Source: Hypanus sabinus
Taxonomy: Eukaryota
Reading direction: 5' to 3'
Assembly (NCBI RefSeq): GCF_030144855.1
Contig: NC_082730.1
Span: 14,260,001 to 14,324,000 of the forward strand
DNA: 64,000 nt
The translations under genes were made by a program, and so were the position numbers. Below the pieces are notes generated by a model. It was given only the letters and a program-made list of their open reading frames with translations. It ran no database searches and was not told the DNA's origin. Each line of letters starts with the position of its first letter. Positions within the stretch are counted from its first letter, which is position 1. This document shows positions 1 through 12,272 of the stretch, piece after piece.

Positions 1-294
1 GATGAATATGATAGCTGGCTGCTGAATCTTAAGGAACTTGATTTGTTTGCAGTCAACAAAAAGCCAGGATTAGAGTGCCAATGTGTTGGTTTAAAATACA
101 GGAATGAATCGTGTTGTTTCCACTTTAACCTGGTGACTCCATTGTTCCTGAAACATCAGGTGATGGAATATCATGTCAACTGTGTAATGGCAGAGAACCA
201 AGAGGTTGGGTGGAAGAAAGATTCACATGGTCTCACCTGTACTAATCAGTTTTGGGGTATTATCTGCTGTATTTGAAAGTGTATTCAATAAGCT

Positions 295-1338
295 TGTCAT
301 GGGGTAGGGACAAGGGTGCTGGGAGAGGACCCACATGCAGGACACAAACACGTCTTTCTTAGGTTCAATAAAATAGCATTTATTACTCGCTACACAGAAA
401 ACCGGGAAATCAAGGAGGACAAAGAGGAACACGAACCTTGGTCTAGGGGACTAGGGTCTTGAAAACTGGGAACTTGGACAGCCATGGACCTTGGACTTGG
501 ACAGTGGGAACATGGACATCCTCAGCCCTTGGACCCTGGGGACTGGGACCACCGTGGCCCTTGGACTTTTCCCCTGTGGACTGGGACCGCCGCAGACCTT
601 GGACTCAGAGACTAGGACCTTGATTCACTGCAGCCAGAAAACATGGATACCATGGATCGCCTCAGCCAGAAACGTGGACACCAAAACACAGGACAAGGAA
701 CCTTGAGCCAGGACCCCTCCCTCAGATCAGGCATTGAGCTGGGACTCTTCTTCGGGGGATAGACACAGACACTGGGCATGAACATCGAGCCAGAACTCCG
801 CCTTCCACTCAGGCACCGAGCCAGGACTCTTCTAGGGGTAGACACGGACAATGGGCATGAGCATGAAGCCAGGACTCCATCTTCCACTCAGGCACCAAGC
901 CGAGATTCTTCAAGGGGTAGACATAGACAATGGGCATGAACGTCGAGCCAGAACTCTGCCTTCCACAGGCACTGAGCTGGGACTCTTCGAGGGTAGACAC
1001 GGACAATGGGCATGAACGTTGAGTCAGGACTCTGCCTTCAACTCACCCCTGGCAGATTGACCTTGCTCGGACCCACTCTGATGAAGGAAGGCGAATTGCT
1101 GGTACTCCGATGCGGGCTTGTTGTAGTGATGGCAACTTGCTACGGCTCCTTAACACCCTTGCCCTGAACGGCGAAAGCCAGGGGATTATAAGCTGCCGGA
1201 TTGGGTCGACAGTAGATCACCTTAATTGCCAAGTTCAAGGGATGCATGAAACGGAATTAGAAGGGAACAAAGAGTCAATGGTCAGGATCATAATGCAACC
1301 TAACTAAATTTAAAGGGGAACCGATCCAGACCATGACA
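295..1338. mobile_element. Solo LTR (Gypsy/BEL-type) with internal tandem repeats
   Basis: Begins TGTCATGG (295-302) and ends CCATGACA (1331-1338), an 8-bp terminal inverted repeat. Flanked by the 5-bp target-site duplication AAGCT (290-294, 1339-1343). No coding domains. Confidence 0.8.
704..1040. repeat. Degenerate tandem repeat, ~78-80-bp unit, ~4 copies, inside the solo LTR
   Basis: Recurring gagcca(g)gactc...caggcac.gagc...gactcttc...ggggtagacac.gaca.tgggcatgaac units. Confidence 0.75.
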
Positions 1339-1574
1339 AAGCTGTTCCTCAGTATAACCACCAATTAAAAGCAATTATTTAGGCAATGTATGTGTAAAGT
1401 TGTACCCTTGTGTAATTCTTTAAAAAATGATCAAGTGTATGTTCTACCAATCTATAACTCACTGCATGTCATTAGAAAAATTTCCCTGCTTTGATTGGAA
1501 AATGTTACTGTAGATTAAGTTAGTGATCTGCTTTATTGAGATGACCCAGAGATGGGCCCCATCCATAGCGTAGA

Positions 1575-1800
1575 GGTTAGTGTGACAAGATTACTCCGAA
1601 GGACATGTTGGAGGTTGGAGCTCAGAGGTCAATTCTGGTGAAATTCTGTAGAGTCTCTACGTGTTCCACATTGAATGTGTGGGTATTTCTCGGGTGCTCC
1701 AGTTTCCTCCCAAAGTCCAAAGACACACCCGGTATGTTATTTGGTCATTATAAATTGTCCCATGATTAGGTTCAGGTTAATCAGACTTGTCGGGGCTGCT
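1575..1800 (+). mobile_element. V-SINE/HE1-like SINE (degenerate)
   Basis: Contains gtgggtatttctcgggtgctccagtttcctcccaaagtccaaagac, resembling the V-SINE central domain. Boundaries approximate. Confidence 0.6.
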
Positions 1801-2074
1801 GTGTCAGTGTGTCTTGAAGGGCTTGAATGGCTTACTCTGTAGTGTATCACTAAATAAATACAGAAATAAATCATCTTGTCTCTTAAATAGACTTTGTAAA
1901 CCAGAGAAGAGAACTGTGAGTATCATGATCATCTGTGAGTTATTATCAGGTGGGGTATAAAACAACGTGATCCTTTCTGAATATTGTGTAGTAACCAGAG
2001 CAGAGGTTTGCTCTGTGTGGAGAATCATTATTGTGTTGCAGCCTGGGTTCCCGTGGTTCTGAGATTCCGTACGG

Positions 2075-2337
2075 GGGCCATGATAACATAACAGTTCGCA
2101 CGAAGTTCCAGTGCTGTTCAGAAAGCAGTCAATATTATTCCTCCCTGTGGGATGCATGGATACACTCTGGGTCCTTCAGTTTCTTCTCACTGTCCAAAGA
2201 TGTACCAGGTAGGTTAATTGGTCAATGGAAATGTCCCATGATTAGGTTCGGGTTAATCTGGTTTGTCGGGGGTTGGTAGGGTGGTGAAGCTCAAAGGCTG
2301 CAAGGGCCAACTCTGTGCTGTATCAATAAATAAATAA
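2075..2337 (+). mobile_element. V-SINE/HE1-like SINE
   Basis: V-domain-like core (...ctgtccaaagatgtaccaggtaggttaattggtc...) and (aaat)n tail. Paralogous copy at ~12810-13135. Boundaries approximate. Confidence 0.55.
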
Positions 2338-2392
2338 ATGTTTCTGTCCGTAACAGATGCAGAATTGTGAGCAGTAATGTTGTATTTTCCAG

Positions 2393-2439
2393 AATCAAAG
2401 CCCAAAACATCTCAAAGAAAAGGCAACAATGATACCCAG
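2393..2439 (+). CDS. Cytoplasmic mini-exon (copy 1) of CD300/pIgR-like inhibitory receptor
   Basis: Acceptor tattttccag, donor gtaagg. 47 nt, phase 1 to phase 0, encodes xSKPKTSQRKGNNDTQ. Phase matches the ITIM exon at 5948, and splice sites and length are conserved in the paralog at 13188. Confidence 0.65.
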
Positions 2440-2682
2440 GTAAGGATATGAAGTATACATTTTTTGAATGTTTCAGATTGTTTAAGACTTGGATTACATG
2501 GGATCTTACAGATCATTCATCCCACCAGTCCAGTCCAGTATTAATATTTTACACAAACCTCCAAACAGTCCTCTCATTCAATCCTATTGGCATACCATTT
2601 GGTTATTTGTTCCTTTCTTTTCTGCTCATTCTGATTTTCTTTAACTCTATCAAACTCTGCAGTGAAATCAGAAACAATTCTG

Positions 2683-5582
2683 GGATGGCCTGGTTAGGTT
2701 TTCCCACCACCTTGCACATGTGGCATCCTCTGCAGTAGTTGACAATATCTTTTCACATGTTAGGAAAATAAAATTCCTTCATAATCCTGTGTACTGTTTC
2801 CTTTATTCCAAAATGTCCCCCTAAAGGCATCTTGTGTGCCAAGTTTAAAATTACAGCCCTGTAAATCTTTGGAACCACTACCTGATGTACAATTGCCCAA
2901 TCTTCATCTGCAGGCACTGCAGCAGGTCTCCACTTCCTCATTAACACCCTATCTTTAATGTAATATCCCACTGCCTCATTCTGAATTTCTTCTTCAGAGA
3001 GAGCTGTCACTTTGAAAGTCACAATTTCCGATCTTTATTTTGCTCCTCTCTAAATTCTTCCTTTGATAACTCCAAGTCTTTTCCACCCTCCTTACTCACC
3101 ACAGCCTTACTATCCTCTAAGTCCTGCTGATACAGGGATGGTAAGAAAGTCTCAGAGAAATCAATACTAGTGTCAGCAGCCTTTTTTGACATGCTTCTTG
3201 TTACTGCACCTCCAGGACAAACTTCGGAACTCATGGACAGGGCATCACCAGCCGCAGGCTTACTAGCTATCTGGAGATCTGATGGAGACATGTCTCCACC
3301 TGCAAGGTCATTCCCGAGTAAGACATCAACATTGTCTATCGGTAGTTTAGATTACACCCTTATTGTGACTGGTCCAGATACCAAGTTGCTTTTCAGGATT
3401 ATTTTATGCAAAGGGACAGTCTCAGTCACTTTTCCAATACACTGGAGAACATTAACTTCACCAGTCTCGGTCTCAGCACCAAATTTCAACACACTCCTTA
3501 AGATTAATGACTGGAAAGCTCCAGTGTCTCTCCAGATTCTCACTGGAAGCAGGATTGACCCCTCCTTCACAGACACCAACTTATTTGCATCCTTCTTGAA
3601 CTCTGCCTGACCCCTCCTTCCTCAACAGCATTTTACCCAGCTGGATACAGGCAGTTGGGGTTTTCTCTTTCTCTTTTCCCTTTTTGCTTTTCTGGAAACA
3701 TCTAGATGCCATGTGTCTGGGCTTCCCACAATGGAAACACATTAAACTGGTGAACTGTTTCTCTTCCTCTTTGCCTTTTCTGCTAGTCACCTGCTTACTT
3801 TTTGGCTCAGCCGGTAGGATATCTCAGTTATCCCTGCTACCCTTCTGATAGCTCTTGCTCGGAAAAAAAACTTTACCTTGTGAGTTAAAGCATACTCGTC
3901 TGTTGATTTATCAGATTTGGACAGGGTCTTAGCCTTTTTCTCATTCAGGTACGTCTTTATGTTGTCAGGGACACAATTTTTAAATTCTTCAATTAAGATC
4001 AACTCCCTCAGTTTTCCAACATTCTCACCCACCTCTTCCGAAGCACACCACCAATCAAAGTACACATGTTTCTCATGGGCAAACTCCACAAACGTTTGGT
4101 TTCAATGCTTCCTTAAATCCCTGAACTTTTGTCGATACACCTCTGGAACCAACTCATAAGCCTTATGTAAAGCCCCTTTTGATCCATCATAATCATTTGC
4201 GTCTTCCGTAGACAAAGCCAAATAGGCTCGCTGAGCCTTCCCCTTAAGTCCACTTTGTAACAAAACAGTCCACTTCTCTTCCAGCCAATTCTGATTCATG
4301 GTGACCTTTTCAAAATGTAGAAAATACCTATCAATGTCGGTTTCCTCAAATGGAGGTACCACCTTTATTTCCTGAGAAACTTGAACCCTCCTGATTGGGT
4401 CTAGCACTCGTCCCCCTTCCTGCAATGCTTTTGTCTTTGCCAGCTCAAACCGCCTCTCTTTTCCTCCTTCTTCTCTCTGTCTTTCTGCTTCCTCAGCCTC
4501 CAGGTTTTTTACTCATAACTCATGTTCATACTGAACATCAGCCTCAGTAAATGTTTCACCCTCAACAAACGTCTCCAAAGCCTCCTCTTTGAATTTCCCC
4601 TCAGCAACATAATGATATGCTATTATCAGCTGTACCTAAGCCTTCTTCATGCTAGTGGTCACTTTATTCTTTAGTTTACGAGCTATTCACATCAGTACAT
4701 CCATCTTAGCCTCATCCAACACCTCAGGGGTTGGAGCCGCAATAAACTTATTAAGCTCAAAATCCATTTATGCTCTTTTACACACAACCAAATCACAATG
4801 GATTTTCCCCAATCAATTTGTTGTACATTCCAGACGAGCCCCCAATTTTGTTATGTATGCTGTGACAGAGTTAAAGAACCAGCAGAAATGGAAAACACTC
4901 TGGAGTCTGGTATTTCTATAAACTGATAATGTTTATTAGTAAACTACACAATACAGTACTATAAATGCAAACATATCAACCAGGTTAGCAATGATATATA
5001 TATATTCGAGGTAGTTCATTGAGTATCATTGGAGAGAGAGAGTGAGAGGTGAGCTGTTTCCATTGATCTTCATGCTGTCTTCTGAAATCCCATTGTAGTC
5101 ACCAACTTTGACCATAGCACGTACAACCATACTTCTGTGGTGGAATTATCACCCAGGTGGACATACAAAGAATTCCCCACTGGTTGCCCCTTTTCATACT
5201 GTGAGCCACTGATCGATTTCCCAGAAATGGTCCTCCAAAAACCCACCTTCCTGTAGGTGCACAAATCTCGTTCAGTGTCCGACACTGTGTGTGTCTCGTG
5301 GTGTATCTGCCTGTGGACCAGTGGATCTGCTTTATATCTCTATATGTTGGACACTAGCTGTCCATCAACATGCTCTGCCCACCACTTTCTGCAGGAACTC
5401 TGCAAGCAAGCAAGTGACCTCAGACAAAGGTAAACAATTGGCAGAGGAGCTATAACATCATTCTTTGGAGCAGTTTCTGTCTCTCTATCATTGCGCTGGA
5501 CGCCTCCCTCTCTCTCTCTTAATATCAGCACAGTCCATAGGGTCTATTCTGGCCCCCTTTCCAACTAGGGTGACCCCTGACA
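2683..5582 (-). mobile_element. Truncated Gmr1-like Ty3/Gypsy LTR retrotransposon (5' LTR, PBS, SCAN-like gag, CCHC knuckle, protease-like region, integrase N-terminus)
   Basis: LTR 4849-5582 with TGT...ACA ends. Gag fragments PPFEETDIDRYFLHFEKV and LRELILIEEF, zinc knuckle CFHCGKPRHMASRC, integrase H2C2 (AHKMPLGGHFG...YCRGCHMC) following the protease-like region without intervening RT, the Gmr1 domain order. Frameshifted; absent from the paralogous copy at ~13655-14580. Confidence 0.8.
4827..4844 (-). promoter_or_regulatory. Retroelement primer-binding site (tRNA-Pro type)
   Basis: Minus strand reads TGGGGGCTCGTCTGGAAT immediately inside the LTR, similar to the canonical tRNA-Pro PBS TGGGGGCTCGTCCGGGAT. 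Confidence 0.75.
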
Positions 5583-5947
5583 AAGCTGATTGAAAGGATC
5601 AGGGTTTATTTATGGAAAGAAAACTAAGAATGATCTGGTAGTTGCCTGCAAGAGTATCAGATTGTTTTATTGAATAAAGGTGTTTCCACTAACGGATGAA
5701 ATTAGAACTCCAGATTTAAACATAAAATAATAAAGAAACAATCCAGGAAATTAAGACCATACACCATATGGTATAGGTTTCAGAATTGGTCCATTTGGCC
5801 CATCAACACTGCTCCATCCATCAATCACAGCTGATTTATTTTCCCTCTCACCTATTATGCTGTCGTCTCCCTGTAGCTTTTCACACCCTCAACTTTCATA
5901 TTCATCAGTCATAAAGTAGATTTCAGAATTTACTTTTTTTATTTCAG

Positions 5948-6181
5948 GAAATGGCCACGTTGGAAGAACATGTTGTTTGTACAGATCTACACCATGTTCG
6001 AAAGAAGCAGGCAGCTGCCCAGTCAGTGAAAAATGAAACTGGAATTGTGTATGCAGGTGTGAAATATAAAAGGAAATTAACAACAGTCCACTCCGTTACT
6101 GATATGCACAACATCACCTACACAGATATGAAATTTCAAACCCATCACTTCTTCCACGAACCTTTTCAAGAAAGAGAGTAG
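5948..6181 (+). pseudogene. ITIM terminal exon, copy 1, truncated by CR1 insertion (pseudo-exon or altered isoform)
   Basis: Acceptor tttttttatttcag, phase 0. Encodes EMATLEEHVVCTDL...IVYAGV...ITYTDMKFQTH, then runs into unrelated/CR1 sequence with a stop at 6179-6181. The first ITIM tyrosine is Cys. Confidence 0.7.
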
Positions 6182-7775
6182 AGATAGCCCAGAGATTATA
6201 GACCAGTGAGTCTTACCTCAGTGGTTGGTAAGTTGATGGAGAAGATCCTGAGAGGCAGGATTTATGAAGAGTTGGAGAGGTATAATATGATCAGGAATAG
6301 TCAACATGGCTTTGTCAAGGGCAGGTTGTGCCTTACGAGCCTGATTGAATTTTTTGAGGATGTGACTAAACACATTTATGAAGGAAGAGTAGTAAATGTC
6401 GTGTATATGGATTTCAGCAAGGTATGTGATAAGCACACCATGCAAGGCTTATTGAAAAAGTAAGAAGGCATAGGATCCAAGGGGACATTGCTTTGTGGAT
6501 CCAGAACTGGCTTGCAAACAGTAGGCAAAGAGTGTTTCTAGACGGGTCATATTCCGCATGGAGGTCAGTCAACAGTTGCGTGCCTCAGGGATCTGTTGTG
6601 GGACCCTTACACTTCGTGATTTTCATAAATGATCAGAATGAGGAGGTGGAGGGATGACACAAAGGTTGGTGGGATTGTGGATAGTGGAGAGTGTGGTCAG
6701 AGGTTACAGCGTGGCATTGATAGGATGCAAAACTGGGCTGAGAAGTAGCAGATGGAGTTCAACACAGAAAAGTGTGAAGTAGTTCATTTCGGAAGGTCAA
6801 ATATGATGGCAGCATATAGTATTAATGATAAGACTCTTGGCAGTGTGGAGGATCAGAGGGATCTTGGGTTCCAAGTCCATAGGAAGCTCGTTGATTTTGT
6901 GGTTAAGAAGGCCTATGGTGTATTGGCCTTCATCAATCATGGAATTGAATTTAGGAGCCAAGAGTTAGTGTTGCAGCTATATAGAACCCTGGTGAGACCC
7001 CACTTAGAGTGCTGTGCTCACTTCTGATCACCTCACTACAGGAAGGATGTGGAAGCCATAGAAAGGGTGCAGGGGAGATTTACAAGGATGTTTAAAGAGC
7101 AAACACGAGGAAATCTGCAGATGCTGTAAATTCAAACAACAACACACACAAAATGCTGGTGGAACACAGCAGGCCAGGCAGCATCTATAGGGAGAAGCGC
7201 TATAGATGGAGTTCAACACAGGTCCCGACAAAGGGTCTCGGCCCGAAATGTCAACAGCGCTTCTCCCTATAGATGCTGCTTGGCCTGCTGTGTTCCACCA
7301 GCATTTTGCGTGTGTTGTTGTTTACAAGGATGTTGCCTGGATTAGGTAGCTTGCCTTATTGGAATAGGTTGAGTGAACTTGGCCTTTTCTCTTTTGAATG
7401 ACAGAGGATAAGAGGTGACCTGATAGAGGTGTATAAGACGATGAGAGGCATTGATCATGTGGATAGTCAGAGGCATTTCCCGGTGCTGAAATTATTGCCA
7501 CAAGAGGACACAGGTTTAAGGTGCTGGGGAACAGGTACAGAGGAGATGTCAGGGGTACGTTTTTTAATCAGAGAGCGGTGAGTGTGTGGAATGGGCTGCT
7601 GGTAACGGTGGTGGAGGCAGATATAATAGGGTCTTTTAAGAGACTTTTGTATAGGTATATGGAGCTGAGAGCAATAGAGGGCTATAGGTCAATCTAGTAA
7701 TTTCTAAGGTAGGGACATGTTCGGCACAATTTTGTGAGCCATAGGGCATATATTGTGCTGTAGGTTTTCTATGTT
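6160..7775 (+). mobile_element. 5'-truncated CR1 LINE (RT C-terminal half and 3' tail)
   Basis: YRPVSLTSVVGKLMEKI, SQHGFVKGRLCLTSLIEFFE and MEFNTEKCEVVHFG motifs. Tail ttttctatgtttcta. Many frameshifts. Confidence 0.9.
7093..7320. mobile_element. Penelope-derived non-autonomous hairpin element inserted in CR1
   Basis: Flanked by the 14-bp duplication TTTACAAGGATGTT (7079-7092, 7321-7334). 68-bp inverted arms (7134-7201 and 7256-7323, 2 mismatches). Spacer carries aagggtctcggcccgaaa, typical of Penelope terminal repeats. Confidence 0.7.
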
Positions 7776-7779
7776 TCTA

Positions 7780-8105
7780 ATGTAAACCCCGCTTTCCGGT
7801 TCTTCTTCTTTAGCAATGAAGGTCAGAGTCTAGATCATCTCTGTGTGACTGCCCGTAACACTGCTGTGTTTGGGGCAGCAGTGCAGGTCCTCCATCTCTG
7901 GTGCTGTTCAGGGCTTCCTTCATCATGTTGGTAGCCTCCTCTCAGTTTTCTCTGCTGGTAGTCATGCAAGTCCTGGGTGGAGTTTCAAGAATACCATCAC
8001 ACTCAGATATAGAGGGAATCTTCATAGCTGTTTCTGTAACAGTTTTGTTTTACCAGTCAGGTTTGATAGCTGTGATCTGAATGCCCCGAAGCTGGAGGAC
8101 TGGTT
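7780..8105 (-). mobile_element. RTE-type LINE 3' fragment (paralog at ~15930-16270)
   Basis: Minus strand encodes QHQRWRTCTAA, resembling the RTE C-terminal 'DRxxWRxLVAAL' motif. Shared with the second duplication copy. Confidence 0.45.
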
Positions 8106-8129
8106 GTTCATTCTAAGTCTGGTCTGGCC

Positions 8130-11100
8130 CAATTGATTTGATGAGAGAGTGAGCTTTGTGCAGGTCAGGGAGAAAAGTTTTAAAAAGGACCATCTCACTG
8201 GGCTTGGCGCATTAGCAGCTGACCAATTGATTCAAAGAGCGAAACAGACCTTTGCACAGGTCTGGGAGGGAAGTTTAAAAAAGGACTGTCTAATGGGGCT
8301 CAGTGCATTTGAACAGTGGATATGACTGCGAGGCCAGTTTTCTGTTCTGGGTGTCGGCTGTGGGATGTCCGTGATACTTCCAGCCTCCCTGATGGCCACA
8401 TCTACACCAGGTGCATTGAGCTGCAGCACCTTGGGGACCGAGTTAGGGAATTGGAGCTGCAGCTCAATGACCTTCGCCTTGTTAGGGAGAGTGAGGAACT
8501 GATAGACAAGAGCCATAGGCAGGTAGTCACCCCGGGGCCACAGAAGACAGATAAGTGGGTGACCATCAGGAGAGGGAAGTGAGGGTTTCAGGTAGTGGAG
8601 AGCACCCCAATGACTGTTTCCCTGAACAATAAGTACTCCATTTTGAGTGCTGTTGGGGGGAACGACCTACCTGAGAAAGCAACATTGGCCGTGCCTTTGG
8701 CTCTGAGTCTGGCCCTGTGGCTCAGAAGGGTGAGGAACGGAAGAGGAGGTCAGCAGTTACAGAGGATTCTATAGTTAGTAGGAGAGATACTACTCTCCTT
8801 TGCAGAAGTAAACTAAGTCAATGGCTGTTCCACTGTAAATGGTACCAGGTAGGTTTGTGAATTCACCTTGCATTGGAGTATTCCATGGCACTGAGCACTC
8901 TACATGCAAAATCTGTACAGTTACAAACCAGCCAGAGTAGTTATGTACACAGCCTTACCACAGAATGCATTGAATAGAAAGTAATGCATTCAACTCAATG
9001 GAGTGTACAGTTCAATTTTGCTGATAACTACTATGTGCTGACATGATGTAAACATTGTTAGCACACTATCCATATGATTTAGAGTTGTCTGCAACCAATT
9101 TTATGACTGTGCTACCTATGCAGCAGAAGTTACTTTCAGTAACATTACCTCTACACAGTGCAGGTCCTCCATCTCTGGTGCTGTTCAGGGCTTCCTTCAT
9201 CATGTTGGTAGCCTCCTCTCAGTTCTGCGGACATGAAAAAGAAACAAGGATAGTTGTTTGCCTCCCAGGTGCCAGGGTTCATGATATTTCTGACCACGTC
9301 CACAATATGCTGAAATGGGAGGGTGGGCAGCCAGAGGTCGTGGTACATATTGGTACCAACGACATAGGTAGAAAAAGGGTGTAGGTCCTTAAAGCAGAAT
9401 ACAGGGAGTAAGGAAGGACCTCAATGGTAGTAATTCCGGGATTCCTGCCTGTGCCACACGACAGTGAGTATAGGAATAAAATGAGGTGGAGAATAAATGT
9501 ATGGCTGAAGGATTGGACTAAGGACAGGAATTCAGATTTTTGGATCACTGGGACATTTTCTTCGGCAGGTGTGACCACTACAAAATGGATGGGTTGCAGC
9601 TAAATTTGAGGCAAACCAATATCCTGGCAGGAAGGTATGCTAATGCTATTGGGGAGGGTTTAAACTAGATTTGCAGGGGTGTGGGAACCGAAGTGAAGAG
9701 GCAGAGGATGGGGAGGTTAGAGCAGTTTGTAGGGAGTTTGTGAGGAAGGATAGGCAGATGTTAGAGCAAAGATGCACTCAGCCTGATGGTTTGAGATCTG
9801 TCTATTTTAATGCAAGCGGTATTATAAACAAGTTGGATGAACTTAGAGCGTGGATCAATACTTGGAACTGTGATGTTGTGGCCATTACAGAGACGTGGTT
9901 GTCTCAGGAGCAGGAATGGCTGTAGAGTGTGCCGGGCTTTAGATGTTTCAAAAAGCACAGAAAGGGAGGCAAAAGAGGTTGAGGTTGGCGTTGCTTATAA
10001 GAGGAAGTGTCACAGCTGCAGAAAAGGGGGAAGTCATTGAGGGATGGTCTACTGAGTCAGTGTGGGTAGAAGTCAGAAACAGGAATAAACAGGAATAAAT
10101 CTACTGGCTGTTTTTTGTAGACTCTCCAAAAGTAACAGTGATATCGAGGAGCAGATAGGGAGGCAGTTTCTGGAATGCTGGCCAACATAAGAAGGTGAAG
10201 AGGAGATGTTGGGGTAAATTTTTTACACAGAGTGGTGAGTGCGTGGAATGGGCTACTGGCGAAGGTGGTGGAGGTGGATATGATAGGAGCTTTTAAGAGA
10301 CTCCTGGATAGGTACATGGAGATTAGGAAAATAGAGGGCTATGGGTAATCCTAGGTAATTTCTAAAGAAGTACATGTTCGGCACAACATAATGGGCCAAA
10401 GGGCCTGTATTGCTGTATGTTTTCTGTCTTTCCTAATAATGATGGTATGGCTGTGACGAGAAATTTTAACTTTCCTAATATTGATTGGCATCTCCTTATT
10501 GCAAGGGGTTTTGATGAGGTGGAGTTTGTAAGCTGTGTTCAGGAAGCTTTCCTGATGCAATATGGAGATAAGCCAACTAGAGGAGAGGCTATACTTGCTC
10601 TGGTATTGGGAAATGAACCTGGTCAGGTGTCAAATCTCTCACTGGGAGAGCATTTTGGAGATAGTGCCCACAACTCTATCCCCTTCACAATAGCGCTGGA
10701 GAGGTATAGGAGCAGACAATTTGGGAAAACATTTAATTGTGGATAGGGGGAAATATCATGCTATTAGGCAGGAACATGGGAGCAGGTGTTCTCAGGGAAA
10801 TGCACAGTAGAAATATGGCAAATGATCAGGTCACATTTGCATGGAGTTCTGCATAGGTATGTTCCATTGAGGCAGAGAAAGGATGGTAGAGTTAAAGAAC
10901 CATGGTGTACGATGTATGTAGAAAATCTAGTTAAGAAGAAAAGAAAAGCTTATGGAAGTTTCAAGAAACTAGGTACTGTTAGAGCTCTAGAAAATTACAA
11001 GGTTGCTAGGAAGGAGCTGAAGAATGGAATTGGGAGAGCCAGAAGGGGTCATGAAAAGGCCTTGGTGAGCAGGATCAAGGAAAATCCCAACACATTCTAC

Positions 11101-12272
11101 AAGTATGTGAAGAGCATGAGAATGAGCCATATGAGAAAAGGACCAATCAGGTGCAATAGTGGAAAGGTGTGCATGGAGTCAGAGGAAGTAGCAGTAGTAC
11201 TTAATGACTACTTTGCCTCAGTATTCCCCAGGGAAAAGGACATTGGCAACTGTAGGGCTAACTTTCAGTGGACTGAAATGCTTAAGCATATAGACATTCA
11301 GAAAGGGGATGCGCTGGAATTGTTGAAAAGCATTAACTTATATAAGTCACCAGCACAAAACCTGGTATACCCCAGGCTACTGTGGGAAGCAAGGGAGGAG
11401 ATTGCTGAGCCCCTTGTGATGATCTTTGCATCATGAAGAGGGATGTGAGAAGTACTGGCTGAATAGAGTGTTGCAAATATTGATCCTTCATTCAGAAAGG
11501 GAGTAGAGATAACCCAGGAAATTATAGACCACTGAGTCTGACCTCAGTGATGGGCAAGTTGGTGGAGAAGATCCTGAGAGGCAGGATTTATGAGCATTTG
11601 GAGAAACATAATCCAATTTGGGATAATCAGCAAGGCTTTGTCAAGGGCAGGTTGTACCTTATGAGCCTAATTGAATTCTATGCGGATGTACAAAACACAC
11701 TGATGCAGGTAGAGCAGTGGATGTAGTATATATGAATTTCCATAAAGCATTTGATAAGGTTCTCTATGCATGGTTCCTTCAGAAAGAAATGAGGCAGGGG
11801 ATCCAAGGAGACCTTGCTTTGTGGATCCAGAATTGGCTTGCCCACAGAAGGCAAAGGGTGGTTGTAGATGGTTCATATTCTGTATGGAGGGTGGTGATTA
11901 GTGGTGTTCCATTGGGATCTGTTCTGGAACCATTCTTCTTTGTGATTTCTATAAATGTCCTGGATGAAAAAGTAGAAGGATGGGCTAGTAAGTTTGCTGA
12001 TGACACAAATGTTGGGGGTATTGTGGATATTCTGGAGGGATGTCAGAGATGTTACAGTGGGACATCGATAGGATGCAGATCTGGGCTGAGAAGTGGCAGC
12101 TGGACTCCAACCCAGATAAGTGCGAAGTGATTCTGTTTGGTAGGTCCAATTTGAAGACAGAATATAATATTGATGTTAAGACTCTCGGCAATGTGGAGGA
12201 TCTGAGAGATCTTGGGGTCTCTATTGATAAGACACTCAAAGTAGCTACGCAGGTTGACAGTGTTGTGAAGAA
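8130..12272 (+). mobile_element. Near full-length degenerate CR1 LINE (ORF1 zinc finger plus SGNH/GDSL esterase; ORF2 endonuclease plus RT) with nested insertions
   Basis: ORF1 MTARPVFCSGCRLW...VRELELQL and VCLPGARVHD...VVHIGTNDIG. Endonuclease YFNASGIINKLDEL...VVAITETWL. RT DVVYMNFHKAFDKV...SKFADDT. Insertions at ~8790-9224 and ~10185-10420. Confidence 0.9.

Noticed and set aside
704-1040. Regularly spaced repeats as a CRISPR array
   Set aside because: Units are degenerate across their full length with no unique spacers, lie inside a eukaryotic LTR, and there are no cas genes.
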